From a virus, in the IMG/VR virus record IMGVR_UViG_3300045988_174428: a DNA stretch of 59,578 bases. One strand, 5' to 3'. Below the pieces are notes generated by a model, which saw only the letters and a list, made by a program, of their open reading frames with translations, was not told the origin of the DNA and ran no database searches. Shown piece after piece: positions 51,842-59,578 of the stretch. Position 1 is the first letter of the stretch, and each line of letters begins with the position of its first letter. A program made the translations under genes and the position numbers.

Positions 51842-52185
51842 GGGATCTCTCCTTCTTGGTTGGTGGTGCTGATGTCGTGGCGCAGGCTGACGGTCAGGAC
51901 CTCATCCACGAGCCACTTCCTGAAGGCCTCGGCCTTCGGGAGACGACTGCGGGAGAGGCTGTCGAGCAGATCCTCGCCTCGAATGAGGGAGGACGTGCGC
52001 GTCCCCCTGTTCGTGTGAACAGTGTAGGGCCTAAGGTTTTCCGTGTCAACCACCCGGGTCAACTCAGACGCGCTCTTGTAGCCCGAGGCCGCCGCCACGT
52101 CCTTCGACACGAACCACACTCGCCCGTCGCCGTCGACGTCCTCAAACAGGCGGACCGGGTAGCCCTTGTACTCCAGTGTCAGCAC
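51838..52185 (-). CDS. Bro-N domain protein (copy 2)
   Basis: ORF track. PVRLFEDVDGDGRVWFVSKDVAAASGY...FRKWLVDEVL. Confidence 0.65.
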   Translation of the reverse strand: MLTLEYKGYPVRLFEDVDGDGRVWFVSKDVAAASGYKSASELTRVVDTENLRPYTVHTNRGTRTSSLIRGEDLLDSLSRSRLPKAEAFRKWLVDEVLTVSLRHDISTTNQEGEIP

Positions 52186-52520
52186 GACACGGCCTCCGCC
52201 CTCGCCCGTTCCCGGGCGTCCTTGCGCAGCTCGACATCCAGGACATCGTCGAGCAGCCAGCGGTAGAAGCCCTCGGACCGCTCGGACCGGGACCTGAACG
52301 CCAACCCGATCAGAGCCCGGGCCGACACCGCCCTGGCATCATGCACCCCCCGGCGCCCGGGCACCTTGAACCAGCGGACCTCGTTCTTACTGAACCTGCG
52401 CAGCATGTTGGGCGAGTCCCGGTACCCCAGGGCCACGGCCACGTCCGCGGCGACGAACCAGGCGCCGTCGTCGTCGACGAACGCCCGCAGCTCATTCTTC
52501 TCGTAGTAGAACAAAAGCAT
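52179..52520 (-). CDS. Bro-N domain protein (copy 3)
   Basis: M15 of ORF 52179..52562 with AGGAGAAGCC upstream. LRAFVDDDGAWFVAADVAVALGY...FYRWLLDDVL. Confidence 0.65.
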   Translation of the reverse strand: MLLFYYEKNELRAFVDDDGAWFVAADVAVALGYRDSPNMLRRFSKNEVRWFKVPGRRGVHDARAVSARALIGLAFRSRSERSEGFYRWLLDDVLDVELRKDARERARAEAVSC

Positions 52521-52592
52521 GGCTTCTCCTCTTTCCTTGTTGACCCGGCCGGGGCCCCGCACAAGACGAGACCCCGGCCTGGCATCAGGGGA

Positions 52593-53207
52593 TCAGAACG
52601 GAGTGGTCGAGCTGTCGACCGGCTCGTACTCCACCTCGTCGACCTGCCCCCGCGGGCTGCCCATCAGCGGAGAGCCGTCGGGGTTGAACATCGGCTGCCC
52701 GGTCTCACGGTCCACGCGCTGACGCGGCGGGGCCACAGACGTCTTGATCGTGCACTTGCGACGCAGCATCAGCGCGAACAGGCGGTCGACGGTCGTCTTC
52801 AGCCCAGCCGCGTTGAGCATGGGCACCCGCTCACGCGGGTCCTCGCGCCACAGGTCCACAGCCTCCAGCATCCGCCGGAAACCGGGGTTGAGGACCCGCG
52901 TGGTCCGCCCCTGCTCCGTGCGCTTGAAGTAGAGGACCGTGTACCCCAGCACGACGACACCGTGGTCGGGGTCGTTGGCGTCGTCGATGGCGTACGTGAG
53001 GACGGCCATCGGCAGACCCTTGGACGACAGCCGGCACTCCGTCTTGGTGACGACGGCGTTGTGGAAGCCGGGCTCGGGGGCGCGGAACGAGAACTCCTCC
53101 GCGACCTCCACCTGGGACAGGTCGAGGCCGTCCAGGGCGGTGAGGTCCGCGCCGGACGTACCGGCGGCGGTAGCGGGGAAGGCGGCGAAGGGGTCGTTGG
53201 CGGTCAT
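52593..53207 (-). CDS. DUF669-like (putative ssDNA-binding) protein
   Basis: ORF track. Lies directly downstream of the Sak4-like ATPase. The call rests mainly on synteny recalled from other phages. Confidence 0.45.
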   Translation of the reverse strand: MTANDPFAAFPATAAGTSGADLTALDGLDLSQVEVAEEFSFRAPEPGFHNAVVTKTECRLSSKGLPMAVLTYAIDDANDPDHGVVVLGYTVLYFKRTEQGRTTRVLNPGFRRMLEAVDLWREDPRERVPMLNAAGLKTTVDRLFALMLRRKCTIKTSVAPPRQRVDRETGQPMFNPDGSPLMGSPRGQVDEVEYEPVDSSTTPF

Positions 53208-53995
53208 GCGCTCTCCTTATTGGTTGTGGTGGTGCTGGTAGTGGCTTCGGTGTTGTGGGCGAGCATCCAGACCCGGCCCATGGTGGGGTTCTCCAAGAAG
53301 TCGGGGAAGTCCTTGACCCGGCGTTTGGTGATGGCCCCCGGCAGAGCGAAGTCCGCTCGGACGGCGAACTGCCCGCTCTCCAACCTGCCCGACCTCATGT
53401 AGGCGACGAAGTCGAAGTTGGAGGGCATGTGCTTGTCGGACTGCTGGCCCCGGAAGGCCGGTCCGATCTCGGTCTCCCCGGTCACCGAGTTGGTGACCCG
53501 GGCGACGTGGGTGAGGGCCAGGAGGTTGACGCCATCGCATCGCATGAAGGCGTTGATCAGCGTCATGACATTGTCGTAGGCGTCGGTCCATGGCTTGTAG
53601 TTGTTGCCGGGATTGGCCGTACGGGACTCGCCCACGATGAGCTCCTGGAGCTTGTCGATGGTGTCGAAGACGACGGTGCGGTAGGGGAAGGACCTACTGT
53701 TCATCGTGGGCCGGACAACCTGGGCGATGAACCGGTGGGTGTCGGCCCAGGAGTCCAGGTGGATGATGGTGATCTTGTCCAGCTCGCCCCATTCCCTCAG
53801 GGGAAGCGTGCCCCTTTCGAAATCGAGGTAAAGGACGGGGGACATTTCGGGGACCCTGGATGCGGTGGCCGAAAAACTCGTCTTTCCGCTCCCTGCCCCT
53901 CCGTACATGAGTACCGAGATATCCTTGAGCTCCTGCGGATCCTCCGCGGTGAAACCTGCTGCTGCGAGCATCTTATCGAAAGCTGATGTCGACAT
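53204..53995 (-). CDS. Sak4-like / RecA-fold AAA ATPase (263 aa)
   Basis: M61 of ORF 53204..54175. Walker A YGGAGSGKTS and Walker B-like VVFDTID. Confidence 0.7.
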   Translation of the reverse strand: MSTSAFDKMLAAAGFTAEDPQELKDISVLMYGGAGSGKTSFSATASRVPEMSPVLYLDFERGTLPLREWGELDKITIIHLDSWADTHRFIAQVVRPTMNSRSFPYRTVVFDTIDKLQELIVGESRTANPGNNYKPWTDAYDNVMTLINAFMRCDGVNLLALTHVARVTNSVTGETEIGPAFRGQQSDKHMPSNFDFVAYMRSGRLESGQFAVRADFALPGAITKRRVKDFPDFLENPTMGRVWMLAHNTEATTSTTTTNKESA

Positions 53996-54393
53996 CAGGC
54001 CGCCTCCCCCGCCTCGTCGAGCGGGAACAGCGCCAGCTGCTTCCAGCCCGGAAGGGTCAGGGTGTCGACGAGCTCGGCGCCCTCGACGCCGCGCAGACGC
54101 CACAGGGCCAGCAGGCGTTCCAGGTCCTCGCCGGTGCGCAGGTCGACGACCTCGCCCCGGCTGGACAGCGTGCACTCGATGCGGCCGCTCCTGTGCATGA
54201 CGGCGGGGCGGGTGAACGTCAGGACGAGGGGCTCGGTGTCGACGTTGAGTTCGTTAGTGATGACCCACATCGTCGAACTGCGCCCGTCCGGAGCCCACAC
54301 CTCCTCGCCGCCGTTGACCACGAGGCCGGGCAGCCGCCCCATCCTCTCCAGGGCACGCTCAATGCCCCTGGTGCGAATCGCCGAACCCTTCAT
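53995..54393 (-). CDS. hypothetical protein (132 aa)
   Basis: M66 of ORF 53995..54588. ATGA overlap with the upstream stop. Confidence 0.55.
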   Translation of the reverse strand: MKGSAIRTRGIERALERMGRLPGLVVNGGEEVWAPDGRSSTMWVITNELNVDTEPLVLTFTRPAVMHRSGRIECTLSSRGEVVDLRTGEDLERLLALWRLRGVEGAELVDTLTLPGWKQLALFPLDEAGEAA

Positions 54394-54641
54394 CGCGCCT
54401 CCCGCTCGACCCAGTGCAGGACCTCGTCGTGGTAGCCCGTGTAGGCGCGCGTCCAGCCCATCGACTCGCTCCACTCGAAGATGGCGACGGTGCCGTTGTG
54501 ACCGGCGACCAGCGCCAACTGACGCCCGTCCTTGGTGTAGACCGCCCGGTAGCGGCCCAGGTTGTTGCGGGGCCGGTCGAGCGCCCACCCCGCCTTCCTC
54601 AGCGCCTCTTCGATCATGCCGATCACGGCATACCTCCCCAT
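54390..54641 (-). CDS. hypothetical protein (83 aa)
   Basis: ORF track. Confidence 0.6.
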   Translation of the reverse strand: MGRYAVIGMIEEALRKAGWALDRPRNNLGRYRAVYTKDGRQLALVAGHNGTVAIFEWSESMGWTRAYTGYHDEVLHWVEREAR

Positions 54642-55405
54642 GCGGCCATGTCGGCCTCCTCCTTCTTCAGTCGCTTACAGCGGTAGCAGCCGGGCGAGGA
54701 CTCGTACGTCTCGCTCGACGCCCCCGCCCCTTCCTTCTCGCCACGAACCCGGGCCACGAGCTCGCTGAAACGGCCCAGGACGGCCTCGGCGACGGCCCGA
54801 CGGTACTGGAACACCAGCGTCCTGGCCGCGCCCGGCAGAACGTCCGTGGACGCATCACGCGGGATCATGAGCAGGCTCGCCCGCTCCACCTCGTAGCCGT
54901 CGCGCTCCAGGGCGTAGCCGTAGAGCATCATCTGCGCGTAGTACTTCCACGCCGTCTCCCAGACGATCTTGTCCCGGTCCATCAGGACCGAGCCGTCCAG
55001 GCGGTTGTGCACCACGGCGCTGATCCCCGCGATGCGGGACTTCGACAGGACCTTCCAGTCGATGACCTCCCGCCGGGCGGTGTCGAACAGGTCGACAGTG
55101 CCCCGGATCGGCCCGTAGCCGTCAACCTGGGCGACGTCGACCCGCTTCTCCACGAGGACCAGCCCCGCCCGCCCCTCCGGGGAGTTCGACAAGCGCTGCT
55201 GGGCCAGCAGGTGGAAGGCGGTGCCCAGCAGCGGGGCGAGCGGTGTCCCCGCCCTCTTGTCCTCGTAGGTACCCCGGATCTTGTCGGCCAGGCACCGCTC
55301 GCACACCTCGCCGAGCTCGGAGGGTCCCACGTGGCGCTGCCGGTCCCGGTCCGTCGGGGCTCCGACGATCTCCAGGGCTCGACCCGTGGCCTCAGAACCC
55401 CACAT
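54623..55405 (-). CDS. PD-(D/E)XK Cas4/RecB-like exonuclease
   Basis: ORF 54623..55417, with the start at M5 or the GTG at 55417. GTVDLFD...VIDWKV, QMMLYGYA and C-terminal CYRC motifs. Confidence 0.65.
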   Translation of the reverse strand: MWGSEATGRALEIVGAPTDRDRQRHVGPSELGEVCERCLADKIRGTYEDKRAGTPLAPLLGTAFHLLAQQRLSNSPEGRAGLVLVEKRVDVAQVDGYGPIRGTVDLFDTARREVIDWKVLSKSRIAGISAVVHNRLDGSVLMDRDKIVWETAWKYYAQMMLYGYALERDGYEVERASLLMIPRDASTDVLPGAARTLVFQYRRAVAEAVLGRFSELVARVRGEKEGAGASSETYESSPGCYRCKRLKKEEADMAAWGGMP

Positions 55406-55757
55406 CGTCGCCCTCACTCCGAACCCGCTGCACGAGGTAGGGCTCGCCGGGCGCGCACGCCTGGGCGTAGATGTCGGGGAACCGCTCCTTCAGGGCCTCG
55501 GGGTCGATGACCTCCTTGTACACGCCCATCCGTTCGTCCGTCGACACGAGCCTCTCGTCGAGCAGGGCGGCGGCGACGAAGGGGCGGAAGTGCGACCGGC
55601 GGGTGAGCACGGCGCCGTCGTAGCGGTCGAGGCCCCTCCTGGTCATCTCGGCGGCGATAGCCTGGTTGAGGCCGGTCAGTTGCCTGTTGACGGCGGAGCG
55701 GGCCTCGATGAGCCCGGCCCGTCGTTCGATCAGTTCGGACAGTTCGTCATCGTTCAC
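55392..55757 (-). CDS. hypothetical protein (121 aa)
   Basis: GTG at 55757 in the frame of ORF 55392..56996 with GAAGGAAGAGAGGAA upstream. Confidence 0.55.
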   Translation of the reverse strand: MNDDELSELIERRAGLIEARSAVNRQLTGLNQAIAAEMTRRGLDRYDGAVLTRRSHFRPFVAAALLDERLVSTDERMGVYKEVIDPEALKERFPDIYAQACAPGEPYLVQRVRSEGDDVGF

Positions 55758-55777
55758 GGACTGTTCCTCTCTTCCTT

Positions 55778-57217
55778 CTAGATGAGCCCTGATTCCGTCA
55801 GGGCGCGGTGCCTTTCGGCGAGTCTTCCGACGACGGTGTCGTCGATGGTCCCGGGGCACTGCACCAGGTAGCGCACGACACCCCGTTCCTGGCCGGAACG
55901 ATGCAGTCGTCCTTGGGCCTGTTCGTTGATGACCAGGGAGGAGTCCCTGGACAGCCAGATCTCCGTGTGGCAGTCCGTTTGGAGCCCGTCGACGCCTTCG
56001 GCGATGGCGGACACGACGGCCAGGAGGATCTGCGCCCCGTGGTCGTCGCGGAACGTGCGCCAGCCCTCGTGGTCGTCCCCGCTCACCTGCTCCACCCGGT
56101 AGCCGGCCTTCTCCAGGCGCCACCGCAGGGGCACCAGGAACTTGCGGGAGTGGGTGAAGACGATGACCCTCTCCCCATTCAGGTCTTGGAGGATGTCGAG
56201 CAGGGCGTCGATCTTGCCGCTCCGGGCGTCCTTGTCGAAGGTGACGACCTCCCGCTCCCCTCCGGTGCTCGTCACCCCGCTCTCGACCGTGGGCTGGGCG
56301 AGGGTGGCCTGCTGGAGGCGGGTGTCGAGAACGACGGGGAGGTTGACAGCGACGGGGTGATCGTCGAGCCACGCGATCGCCTTGTCCCTCCACTGCCTGT
56401 AGATGCGCTTCTGGTCCCGGGTCATGGTTGCGGCGACCCGGCGGATGTCGACGTCGGCCAGTTCGGGCAGGGCTTGCTGCCTGGTGACCGACACCCAGCA
56501 CGGGGTCGTGGCCCGCACTCGTCCGGGCTGCTTCTCCTCGCCGTAGAGCTTCCCGTACCCGGTGTCGGAGAACGGGTTGTACTGCGACTTGAAGAAAAAG
56601 TCGGCGAAGCGGGTGAAGGATGTGTAGCGCACGGGCCACAGGAAGTGCAGGGCGCCGTAGATGTTGGCCGGGATATTCCCGGCCGGGGTGGCCGACAGGG
56701 CCAGTCGCCGCTTCGCGCGGATCCGGCACAGGACCTTGGAGTTGAGGGACTGGGGGTTGCAGGCGCGGTGGACCTCGTCGGCGATGAGGATGTCGAAGAG
56801 GGTTCCTCCGAAGGCGTGAGTGTCGGGTGCGGAGACCATCCTCCCCCGCTTGTCCTTCTTCTTGTGCTTGTTGCGGGCGGTCATGAGGGACCAGCCGATG
56901 AAGAAGACCCCCTTCTCGTTCCTGTCCCACAGGGCTTCGAGGTTCGCCTCCCTGTCCGCTCCCTTGGCCGCACACTCGCGCAGCTCCATGCCCCACACTT
57001 CTCGGACGTGCCGTCGCCAGCCGTCGATGGTGTGCAGGGGCGCGACGATGAGGATGCGGGCGCCCTCGGGTTCCCTCCCCTCTTCTTTCAGGCTCCGCTC
57101 GGCGCAGGCCAGGGCCGTGAAACTCTTTCCCGCTCCTAAGGCGAGGGCCAAAAGGCCGGTGCCCCCGGCGGCGGCGACCTGTTCGACCGCCGCCGCCTGG
57201 TAGTCACGAAGCTCCAT
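55778..57217 (-). CDS. SNF2-family helicase (479 aa)
   Basis: M48 of ORF 55778..57358. LALGAGKS, ILIADEVHRACN and QAQGRLHRSGQ motifs. Confidence 0.8.
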   Translation of the reverse strand: MELRDYQAAAVEQVAAAGGTGLLALALGAGKSFTALACAERSLKEEGREPEGARILIVAPLHTIDGWRRHVREVWGMELRECAAKGADREANLEALWDRNEKGVFFIGWSLMTARNKHKKKDKRGRMVSAPDTHAFGGTLFDILIADEVHRACNPQSLNSKVLCRIRAKRRLALSATPAGNIPANIYGALHFLWPVRYTSFTRFADFFFKSQYNPFSDTGYGKLYGEEKQPGRVRATTPCWVSVTRQQALPELADVDIRRVAATMTRDQKRIYRQWRDKAIAWLDDHPVAVNLPVVLDTRLQQATLAQPTVESGVTSTGGEREVVTFDKDARSGKIDALLDILQDLNGERVIVFTHSRKFLVPLRWRLEKAGYRVEQVSGDDHEGWRTFRDDHGAQILLAVVSAIAEGVDGLQTDCHTEIWLSRDSSLVINEQAQGRLHRSGQERGVVRYLVQCPGTIDDTVVGRLAERHRALTESGLI

Positions 57218-57614
57218 CGCCGCGCTCCCGCTCCAGCTTCTTGAACGTGTTGCGGACCAGGTCGTCAACATCGACGGCCACATCATGGATGATGCCTTCG
57301 ACGCTATCGCCCCGGTAGTAGATGACGTCCCCGTAGCGCTGGTAGCCCAGGTGCTCACCGTCGGTGAGCATGTCGGGCTCGCTCACGTGGAAGGCCACCT
57401 CCGGCACCATGACCCCGTGGTCGCGCAGGTAGTAGTACGGGCCGCGGATGTTGCCCAGCACGTACCACAGCCAGGGGTGCTCCAGGCGCACGCACACGTC
57501 CGCGCCGCCCTCGTCATCCCACTTGTCGTCCTCCGTGGAGGCGGCCGACACCCGCACCGGCGGGAAGTCGCTGGGCAGGTGCGCCTTGAGCCGGTCTTCG
57601 ATGTAGTTGGTCAT
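57204..57614 (-). CDS. hypothetical protein (136 aa)
   Basis: ORF track with GGAGACGGGAGAAAGGAAGAGG upstream. Confidence 0.65.
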   Translation of the reverse strand: MTNYIEDRLKAHLPSDFPPVRVSAASTEDDKWDDEGGADVCVRLEHPWLWYVLGNIRGPYYYLRDHGVMVPEVAFHVSEPDMLTDGEHLGYQRYGDVIYYRGDSVEGIIHDVAVDVDDLVRNTFKKLERERGDGAS

Positions 57615-57642
57615 CCCTCTTCCTTTCTCCCGTCTCCTGCTT

Positions 57643-57966
57643 CTACTTGACGGGGATGTCGATGTTCATGAGCGACGGCAGGATCCGCTCGACGATCAGG
57701 TCAGGCTTGTCGAGGCGGGCGGTGTCGAGGTTGATCTCGATGAGCTCCCCCGCCCGCCCGGTGCGCCGCATCAGCGTGAGCACGTCCCAGGCGGTGATGG
57801 CGGCCGTCCACTCCTGGCCGCCCATGACCCACACGATCATGCACAGACCCTCGGCCCCCTTGCTCTCGTCGGCGGGCAGGGGTCTGTATCCCTTGCGGAT
57901 CATGGCCACGCGCAGCCCCAGCATGGCCAGAGCCAGCTCGTTCGTCCTCTTGTCCTCAGCGCTCAT
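57643..57966 (-). CDS. hypothetical protein (107 aa)
   Basis: M9 of ORF 57643..57990. Confidence 0.55.
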   Translation of the reverse strand: MSAEDKRTNELALAMLGLRVAMIRKGYRPLPADESKGAEGLCMIVWVMGGQEWTAAITAWDVLTLMRRTGRAGELIEINLDTARLDKPDLIVERILPSLMNIDIPVK

Positions 57967-58300
57967 CCTTGTTCTTCTCCTCCTTCTCATTCTTCCGGGC
58001 CTCTTGCGGGGTCCGGACGGCCATGTACTGGAGCGTCACCCCCACGAAGTAGTCGGGGTCACAGCAGATCTCGGGGTCGAGCAGCGCCTTGAGCACCCAC
58101 ACCTCGTTGGTGTCGGGCATGTCGACATACCGTCGAACCTGAACTTCCGTACCCGTCAGGTCGGGGCCCACATCCCAGGCGCCGAACTCGTCCTTCCAGG
58201 AGAAGCACTCGCCGTGGCGTTCGACATGGCGCCCGGCGGCCACGACAGCCTCGTACAGCCGGTCGAAGTCCCGGGCCTCAAGAAACCGCGGCATCGTCAT
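57956..58300 (-). CDS. hypothetical protein (114 aa)
   Basis: ORF track. Confidence 0.6.
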   Translation of the reverse strand: MTMPRFLEARDFDRLYEAVVAAGRHVERHGECFSWKDEFGAWDVGPDLTGTEVQVRRYVDMPDTNEVWVLKALLDPEICCDPDYFVGVTLQYMAVRTPQEARKNEKEEKNKDER

Positions 58301-58631
58301 CCTTCTTCTCGACGGCGATGATCCTCAGCATCCACTTAGTGCCGTCGGGGGCGCTGTTCAGGTCCTCGAAGCCCGGGGGCCGGTGGGCCATGGTGCGCAC
58401 AGCGGTGGCCGCCAGGACCACGGAGTGGATCCAGGACTTCCATGCCTCGCGTTCGCGCTCGCCGCCCCAGGCCTCGTTCATTTCCATCAGGCGGTTGAGG
58501 AGGTCGTCCAGGTCCTCCCAGTGCACGCGCCGGGCCTCCATCATGTTCCCGCACCACAGCTGGACACGATCTCTGCTGAAGGGCCGCCCGGGCATGTTGA
58601 AGTACTCGAAGGTCCTCTCCTCCCCGCTCAT
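58278..58631 (-). CDS. hypothetical protein (117 aa)
   Basis: M49 of ORF 58278..58775. ATGA overlap with the upstream stop. Confidence 0.55.
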   Translation of the reverse strand: MSGEERTFEYFNMPGRPFSRDRVQLWCGNMMEARRVHWEDLDDLLNRLMEMNEAWGGEREREAWKSWIHSVVLAATAVRTMAHRPPGFEDLNSAPDGTKWMLRIIAVEKKDDDAAVS

Positions 58632-58879
58632 CGCCGCCCCCTGGCCGGAGTGAACACGACGGTCCAGTTCTGGCCGTCGGGGGCGTCGTCGATGATGCTC
58701 GTGGCCTCCTCGGCCCCGCCCAGGGAGTCCATGGCGTCGCGCTGGGCGACGAGGCGGTCGGCGAACACCGACCACGCCATCCCCTCGATCTCCGAGGTCT
58801 TGGAGACCCGGCGGACGACACCGCGCAGTTTGGCGACGGTGACCTCCTGGCCGTTACGCAGAATCTTCGTGTTGAGCAT
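58628..58879 (-). CDS. hypothetical protein (83 aa)
   Basis: ORF track. Confidence 0.6.
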   Translation of the reverse strand: MLNTKILRNGQEVTVAKLRGVVRRVSKTSEIEGMAWSVFADRLVAQRDAMDSLGGAEEATSIIDDAPDGQNWTVVFTPARGRR

Positions 58880-58891
58880 GTTGCTGTCCTT

Positions 58892-59527
58892 TCACTCGGT
58901 GGGGTTGTTGAGGTCCCAGATAACGTAGCGGGGCAGGGCGCCCCCGGGTGCGATGCGCTCGACACCGTGCTGTCGGGGAGTGTCGACCACGACCTGCACG
59001 GACCCGTACCCGTTCGTGTTTTCGGGGTTCATGCACACGGTTCCCTGCGTCGTCGTGATGATCGTGGCGCCGTCGCCCGTGCGTTCGATGATGTGCGGAC
59101 CCAGCCGCTTGGCCGCGTCGGCGGCGATCAGGCGGATCGTCTGGTCCGCCAGGGCCCTGATCCCCGCCTCCACGGCGTCGTTGTAGTAGTCGTGCTCCCT
59201 CATGTCCAGGAAGGGCCCCATACCGGAGTCCCTGAGGCGCACGGTCCCCTTGCGGACGTTGAACTTGTAGATTCCGTCGAGTGCCCGGTCCAGGCTGGGC
59301 AGGATGTCGTCGGTGAACGCCCGCTCGGTGAGGTACATGGCGGCGGCGACGTCGGTGATGTCCTGGTCGCGCCCGCCCGACCAGATGGTCATGCTGCCGA
59401 AGGTGTCCTCGTAGGGCCAGGCGGTCCGCTCGTCCCAGTCGCAGGTGACCTGACCGTCCTCGAACCGAACGGCGCTGCGCATAGCCTTGGGCAGGTGGCC
59501 CTTGATCCTCTCCTCCGCGGTGCTCAC
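58892..59527 (-). CDS. hypothetical protein (211 aa)
   Basis: ORF track. The GTG start overlaps (GTGA) the stop of the gene annotated at 1..213 via the terminal repeat. Confidence 0.65.
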   Translation of the reverse strand: MSTAEERIKGHLPKAMRSAVRFEDGQVTCDWDERTAWPYEDTFGSMTIWSGGRDQDITDVAAAMYLTERAFTDDILPSLDRALDGIYKFNVRKGTVRLRDSGMGPFLDMREHDYYNDAVEAGIRALADQTIRLIAADAAKRLGPHIIERTGDGATIITTTQGTVCMNPENTNGYGSVQVVVDTPRQHGVERIAPGGALPRYVIWDLNNPTE

Positions 59528-59578
59528 AGCAGGGCCCCCTCGCAGTCGACACGGACCTCGAAGGGCAGGTCCATCAGC
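59524..59578. repeat. 55-bp exact direct terminal repeat, copy 2
   Basis: Identical to 1-55. Confidence 0.95.

Overview
The window is one complete, circularly assembled genome of a GC-rich tailed dsDNA phage with siphovirus-like gene order, probably infecting a high-GC Gram-positive (actinobacterial) host. The first 55 nt (1-55) recur exactly at 59524-59578, so the unique length is 59,523 bp, and a gene reads through the junction. Layout: (i) A minus-strand block runs from 11197 down through the junction to 42588. It starts with about 11 kb of small, acidic, mostly paralogous genes of unknown function. It continues into a replication and recombination module: SNF2 helicase, Cas4-like nuclease, Sak4-like ATPase, DUF669-like protein, Bro/Ant array, primase-helicase, family A DNA polymerase, DUF3310, MazG and RuvC. 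(ii) An ORF-free, lower-GC, repeat-rich divergent control region spans 11198-13780. (iii) A plus-strand late block spans 13781-42529. Its order is fibre-like SGNH and GDPD enzymes flanking an endolysin and holin, then an HTH gene, TerS, TerL, portal, head, tail, a 1794-aa tape measure, minor tail proteins and membrane proteins. I saw no integrase, repressor, rRNA, canonical tRNA or CRISPR array. The most unusual feature is a family of at least seven tRNA top-half mimics, each a T-arm plus acceptor minihelix with a conserved 12-bp coaxial geometry. They sit in intergenic gaps of the early arm, all in the direction of transcription. Two further structured ORF-free RNA-like regions are also present. 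A DNA word family built around TGTCGAC (GTGTCGA, GGGGGTGTCG, ATGTCGACAT) is strongly over-represented and partly strand-polar. All functional calls rest on motifs visible in the translations and on gene order. No similarity search was possible.
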